From Pelagomonas calceolata (lineage: Eukaryota), in contig CAKKNE010000006.1 of NCBI GenBank assembly GCA_918797485.1, positions 806,001 to 870,000 of the forward strand: a DNA stretch of 64,000 bases, read 5' to 3'. The notes under the pieces are model-generated. The model saw only the letters and a program-made list of their open reading frames with translations. It was not told the DNA's origin and made no database searches. The translations under genes and the position numbers were made by a program. This document shows positions 1 through 11,486 of the stretch, piece after piece; within the stretch, counting starts at the first letter, position 1; every line of letters starts with the position of its first letter.

Positions 1-133
1 GACGGCCGGCACCGACCGCCCCCGCCGTCGTGCAATTGCGTGAGCGGTAGCCGCGAACCGAACCGCGCTCTCCCACACCAACATTCGACGACTGCACGAA
101 GCGGTCGCCGCACAACACTCAAACGACGCAGCC

Positions 134-3100
134 ATGGCCTCGGACGCGCCCTGGCGCACGGAAGGATCCGTATTAATCGGCTTGGACTTAGTCCGTTCAG
201 TGATGGGCGTCGAAGGAGGCATCAAGGAACAGGCCCACGCGAAAGTCGTCGGCTGGTTGTCCGCGGCCGAATCGGACTTCGAGGACACGCGGGGCAACCC
301 GGCGCCGCTGTACCGCATCAAGTACTTAGATGGCGCGCTCGCGGGCGACGAGGAGGATTTGGAGGAGTACGAGGTGCGCAATTCGGTGCCAGATGCGGAT
401 CGAAGAGCTCTTGCCGAGCGCGAGGGCGTGCCGTACGTCGAGCCGACCAAGAAACGGAAGGTCGCGCCTCCGAAAAAACCGGCCGCCAAGAAGAAGAAGC
501 GCGGCGGCGCCATCGCGGCCACGAAGGCCGCGCCGCGGCCCAAGAAGAAGAAGAAGCGCGAGTCGTCGGTGGTCGTGCAGCGAGAGGAAGCTCCAAGACC
601 TCTCAGAAGGGCCGCGGCGCAAGCCGCGTTAAACAGAGGTTTTGCAGATGGCATGATGGCGTCCGCGCACCGAGGGAGGGACGAGGTCGTGCGCATCGGG
701 CTGGCGCGGCGCGCGTTGCAGGAGCTCACGGTCGAGACCGGGGCCCCAAAAGTGAACCGGCGCGACGTGACGAAGAAGTGCGCTCGCGGCGTCCTGCGGT
801 GCTGCGGTGCCTTCACTTCCTTAATTCCAGGGGTGGTTTCATTTTTGATTTTGAGGCGATTCGGACCGCGCAGGTGCCGCGAGCTCGCCGGCAAACTTTC
901 AAGAGGCGACGTGACGCACGAGACGGCCAAGGACCTGAGCGACGACGACGGCTACTTGCATTCGGACGACGAGGGCATCACGGACCTGCCGCTGGCGTCT
1001 TCTCTCGTGGAACACGCGCTCGATGCGCTCGTCGAGCAGGGCGAGGTGAAGAAGTCCGGTGATGATTATGCGCTGGTCGTCGACGACGACGGGGACTGGC
1101 GCGGGGCGGCGTCCTGTCCGAGGCGCCTTCCGCTCGGCGCCGTCGAGGCGCCGTCGCGTCGATGGCGTCTGGCGCCCCCCGTACGCCGTCGCCGCGGCCG
1201 CGCGAGAGTCTCACGCGCAGGTCCGACGACCCGGACAACCAGCAGCACAAGTCTTTACTGTTCTCGAAGCCGCCCCAGAGCTACGAGAACGCGCTAGCTA
1301 GAACACTGAACGAGCGGCCGTCGGGTGCGCGCGCGTCGTGGCGGTCCGTGCGAAGACACGTTATTGTGCTCCCGCAAGGCCCTGATGAAGACGTCGAAGA
1401 ACCACAAGAGGAGGAGGAGGAGCAGGAGGACCCGGAGATGGCCCAGGCGCTGCGCGACGCGTGCTTCGAGGCCGCGCGCATCGCGGCGAACGACTCGTCG
1501 GAACGTCCCACAAAAACGGCGTTCGCGATCTTCAAGGTGCTGACTCGGCGTTTTCAGTGATCTTGAACTTGTCGGGGTCGCCGCGACGGCGTAGTGTCGC
1601 GACGGCGTCGTTCCCGCGCAGGAGACGTCGATGAAGGCCGCGGTGGCCAAGACGATGGACGGCCATTCCCTGAACGACGACCCCGCCCCGGGCTGGTACC
1701 GCGAGCTCGTCGCGCGGCGGTCCGGAGATAAAGTGGACGCTTATTATTATCCTCCTGACGGGACGCAGCTGCGGTCGCGGCCCGACGTGCGCCGCTACTT
1801 CGAGGCCCATCCCGACGAGGCCAAGGTCGGGGATCGTACGTCTCGGCGTCTTCACGCCATCGACGCGACTCGTGGGTGGTGCTCTGGTCCAAATTTGGGC
1901 CGATTCGGACCGCGTCGATGCTCCGCGCAGGTACGCTGGACCCCCAGAGCGACTTCCAGTTTGCGTATAGCAAAGTTCCCAGTAGTGAAATTGCGAGATG
2001 TAAACCTCTGGACCGGACCGCGATCAGTGAGGAATTGAGACGGCTCTGGGACGCGTTGTCCGATGACCAGAGGAAGGTTTATGATCAAAAAGCCGATCAA
2101 CTGAGAGGCGAGATGGCTCGGGAGCGACTCATCGCGGCTCGAACTGCGCGAGACCGGGCCGTCGAAGCAGCATTAGAGTTAGGTGCCAAGGACCGCGACG
2201 CGCGCTTGATCGCGGCGCGCCAGACGAAGCAACTGTTTCCTGATGTGGATTGGGAGCAACTGGTCAAGCCTTCTTCACCTAGAGAAACAGACATGCCTCC
2301 TACACCTAGCTCGAAGGCACTCATCGCCGAGTTGGAGGGCGAGCCGTCGTTCGACGATCGTCGAGGACGGCCTCGGCGAGCGGCGGCTGCTTCCGCGCCT
2401 CGCACGTACTCCGAGAAGCCGGCTAGTGCGACGGATATTGTTCTAAGGGCACTTGATAGTCGAGAGGGCGATCCGGAGGCTTCCGAGGGCTGCGACTGGC
2501 CCCAGCTCTGTTCTCTCGTCGCTGCGTCGGAGCGAACGAAGCCTCGGACGATCCGCTGTGTCGCGTTCGCCTCGGCTCCTTACAAAGCGACGCGCGACGG
2601 TCTCGCGTCACTCGTCAAGAGTGGTAGGGCTCGGAGGGATCTGTGCGACCTGTCCGGCGATACTGTGTTACAAACAGATGACGCTGCCGTTGTCAGACAC
2701 GAGCGGACGGAATGTGCGTTACGAGCCCTGATCCTGGCCAAGCTCTCGCCACCTCGCAATGCTCTCGCACCATTACTCCCGGGCAACCCGCAACCTTCCC
2801 GGAGGGACCCCTGGAACAACCGCTGCATTCAGCTTGCGGGGGCTTGCGGCCGATTGCTACCTTTGGATAAGACGAGTGACGGTGGTCGCAAGTGCATCCT
2901 CGACGACTCCAGAAGTTCCGACCGGCAATTAACCAAGGCAGAAGTGTTTGAGGGCGTCGTCAGAGCGACGCCGGCCGTGCGGTTCCCGGAGCTCGAAGTT
3001 GATTCACTGTGTGAAAAACCCGTCATGGTGTACTGGCCCATGGACCGGTTGTTTTACGAGGGCTTGGTCGTCGCGTCGCGGCAGGGGCCCCCGCTTACGG

Positions 3101-5188
3101 AACCGCCAATGTATGGCGAGGCGTCGCCAGCTCTCGAGCATTTGGTGCTCTACGACGACGGCTCGTCCGAGTGGCTCACGTTGAAGAATGAAAAAGTCCG
3201 ATATGTGCAAGCGACGCGCGCCGCCCAGCTCGTCGGCCAGGTCACGGCGTCGCTGTCGGCGGACGACGACATGAGTTGGTTTGCCGCACCTGTAGGAAGC
3301 CTGTGTGGAAATCAAATTTGGGGTCGCGCGCGGTCGGCGTGCGGTGCCGGTCTCGGGATGGTCTTGGCCGAGTTTGGGCCTCTCGGAGGGCCGCGGTGCG
3401 TCATGACGATGGCGTGGAGGCTCGACGACGCCCTCCGACGCCGTCGACGCGATTTCCACGCAGGTCGAGGCCGAGGCGCTGGGCCTCGTCGACTACCACA
3501 ACGTCGTCACGGAGCCGATGGATTTGGGCACTGTTGATGATCGGGTCCAGCGGGGCTACTACGACCGGACACCTCTTGATGATGAGGACGTCGACGAGGA
3601 GTTGTTGAGTCCGCTGGAGCTGGACGAGCTCCGAGCGAAGCGCATAAGAACGGGCGCCGCGGCCGACATAAGGCTCACGTTCGAAAATGCCATAAAATTC
3701 AACAGCGACGCTAGAAATGCGTGCCACCAGACGGCTCGGCGGTTGCTGGCCAAGTTCGAGGCCGGGCCGCTCGCGGGGGACAACTCGAAGCTCCCGCCAG
3801 AAGACGAGGCGCCCATCGAGGTCGAGATCGAAGTTGATAGTGACCCGGACTATTCGGATGACGACGACCGTCGATTACGACAGAGAAGAGTGCGAGCGAC
3901 GCCGACGGCGACGGCGCCCGGCCGGCATTGTGTGGAGAACGCTTTACGGTTCGAGCAGATCCTGACGTCGATCGCGAACAACCACAACGCCGTGACGATG
4001 CAGCCCCCTCCGGAATTCGATATGGTGCGCTTGTATAAAAACAGAGGGAAATTAGTAGAGGACCTGTATCGGTTAAGAGCCGAGGCGCCTTTGCTCGAAG
4101 GGATGTCTCGGGAAGACTCGGAATTAGTTAAACAAAGGGACTTCGGGATTGCCTCCTACAAGGCTTCTCTCCGTGATCACAGACGAGCGAAGGAGGCCTA
4201 CGACGCGCATCAGGCTTCGGTTGCTAGATATTTGGCGGAACGTGCTAACGCTGCTCCTGAGGCCGTGTCGGCGCTGTCGGCGGCGCTGACGCCTGCCCAG
4301 GCTGCACCTGTGCCGCCTGTTCCGGCGCCGGTGCCCTCCTGGCCGTCTGCCGCGCCGCCGGCGGTGCCCTACCAAGCACCTGCCGCGCCGCCGCCGCCGA
4401 CGAGCGCCCTCGCGGCCACCGTCGCCGCCGCCGCGCTCGCGCCGCCTTCGTCACATCAAGCGCACGCGGTGCCGCCGGCGCCCGTGCCACAACAAACGCC
4501 CGCCGTGCCCGTGCCGCTTCCATCGAACGTGCCGCCGTCGTCGATGCCGCCGGGCGTCGTCTCAACGGGCGCGCTGCCTCCCACGCAACCCTGGGCGCCG
4601 CCGCCGGCGACCTGGTCGTCAGACGCTCCTCTCCACGAGCGCGGCGGCGGCGGGCTCGACCCGGACGACGAGACGTTGGACGACCTGCGCGCCAAGGCAG
4701 TCGCGCCGCCGCCCCAGGACCTGCGAGCCGCCTATCTGCGCGAGCAGGCTTTGAGAGCACAATTGCCGCCCGGCCCGCCGCACCCCGGGCCCGAGCCGCT
4801 CGAGCCGGCTTCAATGGACGTCCGGCCCTTGTTCCGCGGCCGCCAGCACGTGGAGCGGGCCTACTACGAGAAGGCCCACGCCGCGTCGCTGCCTTCGGTG
4901 CCCTATCTCGGGAGGATCACGAACGGCCGCTGGGAAATTAGAGGGGCGCTGGCGAAGGCCGCGCTCGGGCATGTATTGGGCGGTTTGGTGAAGACGGGCC
5001 ACGTCGTGGAGCTGGCGGACGGGGGCTTCGTGGCGGCGCACCGTTATCGGCGCGGGACGCCGTATGAACGAAGACGCCTGGGCGGGCCGCAGCGCGTCGA
5101 GGAGGTGGCCTTGTCGGAGTACGAGCTGGAACGTCGGGCGCGGATTGAGCGCAACCAGGCCTTCCTCGCGTCTCTGGGGTTCACGTGA
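134..5188 (+). CDS. Multidomain chromatin protein (Tudor-like, HMG box with inserted MBD, Tudor/Agenet, bromodomain, Pro-rich tail); join(134..777,874..1098,1221..1536,1622..1835,1931..3291,3464..5188)
   Basis: Five introns link ORFs 134, 1162, 1631, 1876 and 3518 in frame. MBD-like PGWYRELVARRSGDKVDAYYYPPDGTQLRSRPDVRRYF; HMG-like ISEELRRLWDALSDDQRKVYDQKA; Tudor-like VMVYWPMDRLFYEG..HLVLYDDGSSEWL; bromodomain WFAAPVEAEALGLVDYHNVVTEPMDLGTV..IRLTFENAIKFN. Confidence 0.8.
778..873 (+). other. Spliceosomal intron, family B (GT-AG, in-frame 96 nt)
   Basis: gtgcgctcgcggcgtcc...ggaccgcgcag|gtgc. The first 17 nt are identical to intron 35119-35239. It is in frame without a stop, so splicing is inferred from similarity. 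Confidence 0.7.
1099..1220 (+). other. Spliceosomal intron, family B (GC-AG)
   Basis: tg|gcgcggggcggcgtcc...cacgcgcag|g restores the frame (DWSDDPDNQQHK); contains the reverse-complement core tcgcgtcgatggcg. Confidence 0.7.
1537..1621 (+). other. Spliceosomal intron, family B (GT-AG)
   Basis: aag|gtgctgactcggcgtt...cccgcgcag|gag; removes an in-frame stop and joins AFAIFK-ETSMK. Confidence 0.75.
1836..1930 (+). other. Spliceosomal intron, family B (GT-AG)
   Basis: c|gtacgtctcggcgtc...ccgcgcag|gtacg; gtacg is repeated at both junctions; joins the MBD to DRTLDPQSDFQF. Confidence 0.75.
3292..3463 (+). mobile_element. Introner-like TIR intron, family A (degenerate TSD)
   Basis: ctgtgtggaaatc (3301) ... 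gatttccacgcag (3463) inverted termini; gtaggaagc before vs gtcgaggc after; removal rebuilds the bromodomain ZA loop. Confidence 0.8.
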
Positions 5189-5744
5189 GGATGGTGCTCG
5201 ACTCCGGGGTACTAAGTAGTATATATCGCTCATGCGTTTTTCTGTTACCTCAACGTTGCGAGGACTGGTGGGTGGAGCTCCTGGAGGGGAGACTTATGCG
5301 TCTGCGCGCTCAGAATTGCTTTATCGCCTGGCCCAGCATGCATGCATTGTTAATCCCGCGTGCTGATCAAGGTTGGAGATGCGATTGATGATGGTGGTTT
5401 CGTCAAGGAGAGTGCTAAGCCCAACGTCCTTGATAAGCGAGGGATGAGTCTCGCTCACAAGACCATAATAAGCGTGGCCATGAATACCTACAAGGCCGTT
5501 TTACGGAAACGCCTGTCGGACGCGCTGGATCAGGTAAGCAAAGAAAAGAAATTTACCAAGAAGGAACTCGAGGAGTACATTGCCGCTCACATTAGGGAAA
5601 GGGGTTTATAACGGCGTCTCCGCCGGGAGTCACCGACCCCCTTCGGCTCATTGCTTCTCCCCTTGCATAAGTACTAGTGCACAAACTCAAACAAAGCCGA
5701 GCGAGACGCCATCGACGCGATCCGCGGTGATTGATAGATACTCC

Positions 5745-6784
5745 TTACACGAACGAGCTCAGCCCGTCGCCGAGCCCGAGCCCGCCGCCGCCCATGCCCT
5801 TCGGCTGCGGGATGAGCACCTTGTCGATGAGGCCGTACTGGACGGCCTCGTGGGCGCTGAGGTAGAAGTCCCGGGACCTGTGTGGAAATCAAATTCACGG
5901 CGCGTTCGTTCTCCACGCCATCGACGCGACACCTGCTCGATAGCGTGGCGATGCCGGTTCCTCTCCGCCCGACACACTGGTTGATTTCCACACAGCCCGG
6001 GACATGTCTTTCTTTATCTTCTCCAAAGGATGGCCCGTCATCTGGACGAGGGCTTTCTCCTGTGTGATGATCATGAAGACGGGGTCGCGGCGACGTGGCA
6101 TCGCGTCGACGCCGCAGCTCTCTCGCGTGGCCGCGTCGACGGCGGCCCGGTGGCGCGGTCTCACGAAGACGCCATCGACGCGAGATCATGAAGACGCCGT
6201 CGACGCGCCATGCGGTCGTTATCCCTCAAATTTTCGCGCACCATGAGCCCGATGTCCGACGCCTGGCCCTGGTAGGGGTCGTCGAGCCCCGTGCGCTGCA
6301 TGAGGAACCGCGCGTTCGGCAGGGCGTAGCGCATGCCCTTCGTGCCCGCGCCGCAGAGGAAGGCGCCCATACCCGTGGCCAGTCCTAGATTGACAGTTGT
6401 GACCGGGCACTCGAGCGTCCGCAGCGTGTCGTAGACGGCCAAACACGGCTTCATGAGCGCTCCCGGCACGTTGAAATAGATGGAGATGGGCTTCCTCGGA
6501 TCTTCGAACCTCATGAAGAGTAACAGAGCTATCAGGCTATTCGCCTGCTCCTCGTCTAGAAAGTTGCCCACGAGCATGATCCTGTCTCTGTATAAAGCTT
6601 GGTAGATGTCGACGTACATGTGCTGGCCCTGCTCCGCGCCGGGCGGCGAGTAGGGCACTTGCGGGACCGACTGCGGTCCTAATACAATACTGCTCCTCGG
6701 TGACGTGCGGCCGGGCGTGAGTTTTGTTGGTGGTGTCATGACGTAGGCCGCGGCTGTTGTGAGTAATGCTAGTAGGCGCGCCAT
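5745..6784 (-). CDS. clpR: ClpP-family non-catalytic subunit (ClpR-like), probably plastid-targeted; complement(join(5745..5877,6004..6059,6209..6784))
   Basis: DIYQALYRDRIMLVG, RYALPNARFL, GQASDI, KDMSRDFYLSAHEAVQYGLIDKV. Catalytic Ser and His positions read GLATGMG and FLMQRT; signal-peptide-like MARLLALLTTAAAY. Confidence 0.85.
5878..6003 (-). mobile_element. Introner-like TIR intron, family A, perfect 15-bp TIR and perfect 8-bp TSD
   Basis: Element 5878-5995 reads ctgtgtggaaatcaa...ttgatttccacacag, flanked by cccgggac at 5870-5877 and 5996-6003. The donor GT is the start of the TSD on the minus strand; splicing gives DMSRDFY. Confidence 0.92.
6060..6208 (-). other. Spliceosomal intron, family B (GC-AG)
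   Basis: atg|gcgcgtcgacggcgtc...catcacacag|gag on the minus strand; joins DNDRM-EKALVQMTG. Confidence 0.75.
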
Positions 6785-6993
6785 CGCGGCGGTGGCGTAT
6801 CGCTTGCGCTGCGTCGTCGCGTCGCGTGTGCGTGCCTTGCCAGCGAGCTGTGCAAGCCGACGCGAGTCAGGGCTTGCGCTTGCAGCAAGGAGCGGCGAGC
6901 GCAGCGATGGAACACGTGCGTAAGACCTTGCAGCTTTTGCTGTGGGCGTGCGGTGCCAGCTATGCCTCTCCTCACTTGGTGCAAGCAAGCGGA

Positions 6994-7018
6994 GCTAGCG
7001 GCCCGTAGAGACACTAGG
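6994..7018 (+). promoter_or_regulatory. Recurrent upstream motif copy (ClpR/UBA1 divergent gap)
   Basis: gctagcggcccgtagagacactagg. Confidence 0.55.
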
Positions 7019-7320
7019 ATCCAGCCCGCGGCCCACACGTCTCACAACCGCTCGAGGCACGGCTCCAGGCCGGCGTAACGCCATCAGCAGGCCGTGAGGA
7101 CCCAGTCTAGTACCCAGTCTCGAGACCTCTCCGGTGCCGCGCGGCTTTAAATCGCGCGCGTACCTTTAGCCGTGCACCGCGCACCCTCACGGGCTTGCGC
7201 AGTGATCACTGCGACCGCACAGTCGCTGCGCGCGTTCAAATCGCCGCGCGAGCAGCTGTGCGCCAAAGCCCCAGCTAGCCACATAAGCAAAAGCGCGCGC
7301 GACGCCGCGCGCAAGTTAAG

Positions 7321-10300
7321 ATGGCCGCCATGGAGCTCGAAACGGGAAAAGTCGACGAGGCCCTCTACAGCCGCCAGCTCTACGTCCTAGGGCGGGAGGG
7401 CCAGTCGAAGATGGCGTCGTCGACGGTGCTGGTTTGCGGCCTGACCGGCACCGGAGCCGAGCTCGCGAAGAACGTGATCCTGGCGGGCGTCAAGGCCGTG
7501 ACGCTGTACGATCCTACTGCCGTGACGCATCGAGATCTTGGCGGGAATCCCTACGCGCGTATTGCAGACGTCGGCAAGCCGCGGGCCGACTGCTGCGCTC
7601 CTCGGTTAGCTGAACTGAACCCCTACGTTACTGTAAGTGTGATGAAGAACGGGTCTTCCGGTGAAGCCATGGGGTCTTTGCACTCGTGCGACGTGGACGA
7701 GTGGAGCGCGCGCGTGCGGGGGTATAGGTGTGTGGCCATCTGCGACGCCGTGTCTGAAGCTGAGTTAAAGGCCATCGACGACGCCTGTAGGAGGGAGAAC
7801 GTGTGCCTCGTGGCTTGTGAATCGAGGGGGGTCTGCACGTCGCTGTTCTGCGACTTTGGCGACGACTGGACAGTGACCGACGCCGACGGCGAGCCCGGCG
7901 CGGCCTGCTTAGTCGCGTCCATCACGCAGACGAATCCCGCGCTGATCACGGTCGTCGACGAACAGCGCCACGGTTTAGAAGTGGGCGACATCGTATCGTT
8001 AACGTCGTGTGTGGGCTGCGACGCCCTCAACGAGAGAGAACTGAAAGTTTTGAGGGTCTGCTCGCCTTACAGTTATGAAGTAGACGCCGACGCGTCTTCC
8101 ACCACACCCTACGTGTCGTCGGGCTACGCGCAGCACAAGAAGGGCGGCAAGGTCATACAACACAAGCCCTACGGGTCGACCTTCGACGACGATTCATTCT
8201 TACGTTGCGATTTCGCGAAGTTCGAGCGGCCGCCGACGCTCCATAATGCCTTCACGGCGTTGCGCAAGTGGCGCTCTTCCAATGGAGGAGCCTTCCCTGC
8301 CGAGAAGGATGCTGATGCTGTGGTAGCTTTGTTCGACAAGACGTCCGAGGACAAGAGCGAGGAGGTCTGCCGCGACTTGGCGCTGACTTCTGCAGGTGAT
8401 TTGTCGCCGATGGCGGCCTTTTTAGGAGGTGTTGCCGGTCAGGAAGTGCTCAAGGCGTGCACGGGCAAGTTCGCTCCTGTCTCCCAGTACCTCTACCACG
8501 ACTGCCTCGAGGCCTTACCTGAAAGCGCAGACCGCACGCCCAAGAACGACAAGAACGACTCCGTCCGCGTTATTTTTGGTAATGACATGGTCGCCAAGTT
8601 AGCGAAACTAGATTATTTTCTGGTGGGCGCCGGCGCCATCGGCTGCGAGGTCCTCAAGAACTGGAGCCTCATCGGTCTTGGGGAGAAGAGTGCCGGTGGC
8701 AAAATTCTAGTTACCGACATGGATAGAATTGAAAAAAGTAACTTGTCGCGACAGCTCTTATTCAGAAGCTCTGATATCGGCCACGCGAAGTCGACGCGAG
8801 CGGCCCTAGCCGCTCAACAACTGAACCCTTGTATCAATGTGGAAGGCATTGAAAAGAGAGTAGGTGCCGATTCCGAAGACGTCTTCGACGACAAGTTCTG
8901 GAGCTCGTTAGATGGTGTCTGCACGGCCCTCGATAATGTGGACGCGCGATTGTACGTCGATTCGAAGTGCTTGTTCCATCATAAACCGCTCCTAGAGTCG
9001 GGAACCCTAGGAACGAAGGGCAACACGCAAGTCGTCGTTCCTCGTCTCACCGAACACTACGGGGCCACGCGGGACCCCCCCGAGAAGTCCATCCCCGTCT
9101 GCACTTTAAAAAACTTCCCCAACAAGATCGAGCACACGCTGCAGTGGGCGCGGGACTGGTTTGCTTGCGGTGTGGAGGTCCATGAGCCGCGGCGATGGCG
9201 TACTGGTGGCGTAGAAGCACTTTCGACGACGGCGCGCCGACGCCAAGCTCCGCACGCCATCGCCGCGACGCGCCCTAGGAGATTGCCTCACGCCATCGAC
9301 GCGCCATCGACGCGACGCCGTCCCCGAACCTAGATCCACGCAGGTTCGAAGGAGCGTTCAAACAAGTACCGGATGATGTCAACCAGTTCCTCAAGGCCGG
9401 CAACGACGCCTTTGCGCAAGAACTCAACAGTCAACCGAACACGAAACTAGATACGGCTCTGCGAGTCAAGACGAATTTAGTGGACCAGAGGCCGTCGTCG
9501 TATCAAGACTGCGTGGCTTGGGCTAGACTAGAATTCCAGCAGTGCTTCCACGACTCCATCGCGCAGTTGCTCCACAACTTCCCGGCCGACCAGGTGACGG
9601 CGTCCGGCGCGCCGTTCTGGTCCGGTGCCAAACGAGCTCCCACACCGCTCCAGTTCGACGCCAACGACGCGACGCACCTCGAGTACATCCGGTCCGCCGC
9701 GGACCTGCGAGCTTATAACTACGGGTTAAAAGGCTCCGACGCCCCAGAGCACTCTGAGACATATATCAAGAAGGCGTTGTCCAACGTCATGGTGCCCGAG
9801 TTCAGGCCCAAGGAAGGTATTAAAATAAGCGCCAACGAGGCGGAGGAGAAGAAGCGCCAGGAGGAGGAGGCTTCCTCGTCCATGATTGACGTCGATCAGG
9901 AAACTTCCAGAATCCTCAAGGAGCTGCCGTCGACGACGTCGCTGGCGGGCATGCGGCTGGAGCCCTGCGAGTTCGAGAAGGATGACGATTCGCACATGGC
10001 CTTTGTGGCGGCTTGTAGCAATTTGCGCGCTCGGAACTACAAGATTCCCGAGGCGGACGTGCACCAGTCGCGCTTGATCGCCGGGAAGATTATTCCCGCG
10101 ATCGCTACTACGACGGCGTTGGTCGCTGGTTTGATCACGATGGAGCTGTTCCACCCGTGCATAAATCAACCAGTGCATCGAACGCGCCGTGAACTTTTGA
10201 TGTCCACGCAGGTTCAAACTCCTGCAGGACAAGCCTCTCGAGGCTTACAAGAGCGCCTTCGCGAACCTCGCGATCCCGATCTTCTCGATAACGGAGCCGC

Positions 10301-10671
10301 AGGCGCCGAAAACCACGGTCAGCAAGATTCCCGGCGGCAGACGTAAAGGTGAAGAGTGGGCGTGGAGCCCCTGGGACTGCATCGAGTTGTCCGATCCGTC
10401 ACTAACTCTCAAACAGCTCGTCGATTACTTCCAGGACGAGTACGGCCTCGAGCTCAACATGTTGAGTTACGGAGTTTCCATTTTATTTTCTAGTTTCGCG
10501 AACGCGAAGAAAGTGAAGAAGCGCATGCCCATGGCTCTTACGGACGTGATTGCCGACGTGACGAAGGCTCCCGTGCCTTCTCATAAAAAGTACCTCGTGT
10601 TGGAAGCGATGTTGCAAGATGAGGACTTCGAGGAGGTCGAATTGCCTTATGTTCGGCTGAAGCTGTTCTGA
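7321..10671 (+). CDS. UBA1: Ubiquitin-activating enzyme E1; join(7321..9158,9344..10147,10212..10671)
   Basis: [32 protein letters not shown], active-site [29 protein letters not shown] and a C-terminal UFD region; two introns restore the frame. Confidence 0.95.
9159..9343 (+). other. Spliceosomal intron, family B (GT-AG)
   Basis: tg|gtttgcttgcggtgt...tccacgcag|gttcg; gives WARDWFEGAF; several cgccatcg(a/c)cgcg cores inside. Confidence 0.85.
10148..10211 (+). mobile_element. Internally deleted, decayed family A introner-like intron (64 nt)
   Basis: gttccacc / gttcaaac imperfect TSD; aaatcaaccagtg...gaacgcgccgtgaacttttgatgtccacgcag matches both ends of the 5878 and 57696 elements; gives MELFKLLQ. 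Confidence 0.8.
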
Positions 10672-10916
10672 GGTAGGCGCCCCCCCTCTCAAGGATAAGT
10701 AACATGCGCGGGTCTCACGCGCGGGTTTCGCGAGCGGCATTCATTCAATCGAGACAATAACGGCACACGTCCGCCAGATGACTATGAGCGTGTAGGGATT
10801 CGCTCCAATGCCAGCCCGCGCGCCTCCCAGCTATCCACCGCTGGGCTGCGCCCAGCCAGCCGCTGTGCCAAAAGAGCTGGGAGCAGGGACTTACGGGGAA
10901 CGAGAACTACTGAAAA

Positions 10917-11486
10917 ATGCTGCGTGTCGCTGCCCTAATGATCGCGAGCAGCGCCGCGCTCCGGGCCCCCGCGCGCGGCCCCAGGCTGAGCACGTGCAAC
11001 AAGCCCTGGAAGGGCTGCCCCGAGGAGGGCGGCGACCTCGGCGAGAAATTAGCTGGCTTCTTCGAGGCCATGGCCATGTACGACGACGACAAAAGCGGCA
11101 GCGCGTCCGCCTGGACCGGCGAGAACGGCCTCGACCGCGCTGCCTCCAAGGTATTCGCGACGAGCGTCGCCGCGACGATGGCGCGGCTCCAGCTCTACCA
11201 AAACGACGCGGCCAACGGCGGCGTCGACGAAGAAGAAGCGGCCCAGGGCTACCTCGGGCGGGCTCTCGTCAAGTTGCTTGCGATTTCGCTCGAAATTGTT
11301 GTGGGACTCTTCGTGTTCGGAAGGGTTATTCCGCGGTGCAGTAGCGCGGCGAAGGGCGCGGCCTGGCGCTCGTCCGTCGTCGGCTACCTGCTCTTTTGGC
11401 CAGAGATCGCCCTCGTGGCGGCGGCGGCGACTTCGGTCCGCGGCAGCAACTACACCATTACGAAAAGTTCCGAGCAAGACCAATGA
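10917..11486 (+). CDS. Hypothetical signal-peptide/membrane protein, possibly the 5' part of the DUF285 gene
   Basis: MLRVAALMIASSAAL signal-like start and two hydrophobic segments; no recognisable domain. Confidence 0.45.
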   Translation: MLRVAALMIASSAALRAPARGPRLSTCNKPWKGCPEEGGDLGEKLAGFFEAMAMYDDDKSGSASAWTGENGLDRAASKVFATSVAATMARLQLYQNDAANGGVDEEEAAQGYLGRALVKLLAISLEIVVGLFVFGRVIPRCSSAAKGAAWRSSVVGYLLFWPEIALVAAAATSVRGSNYTITKSSEQDQ

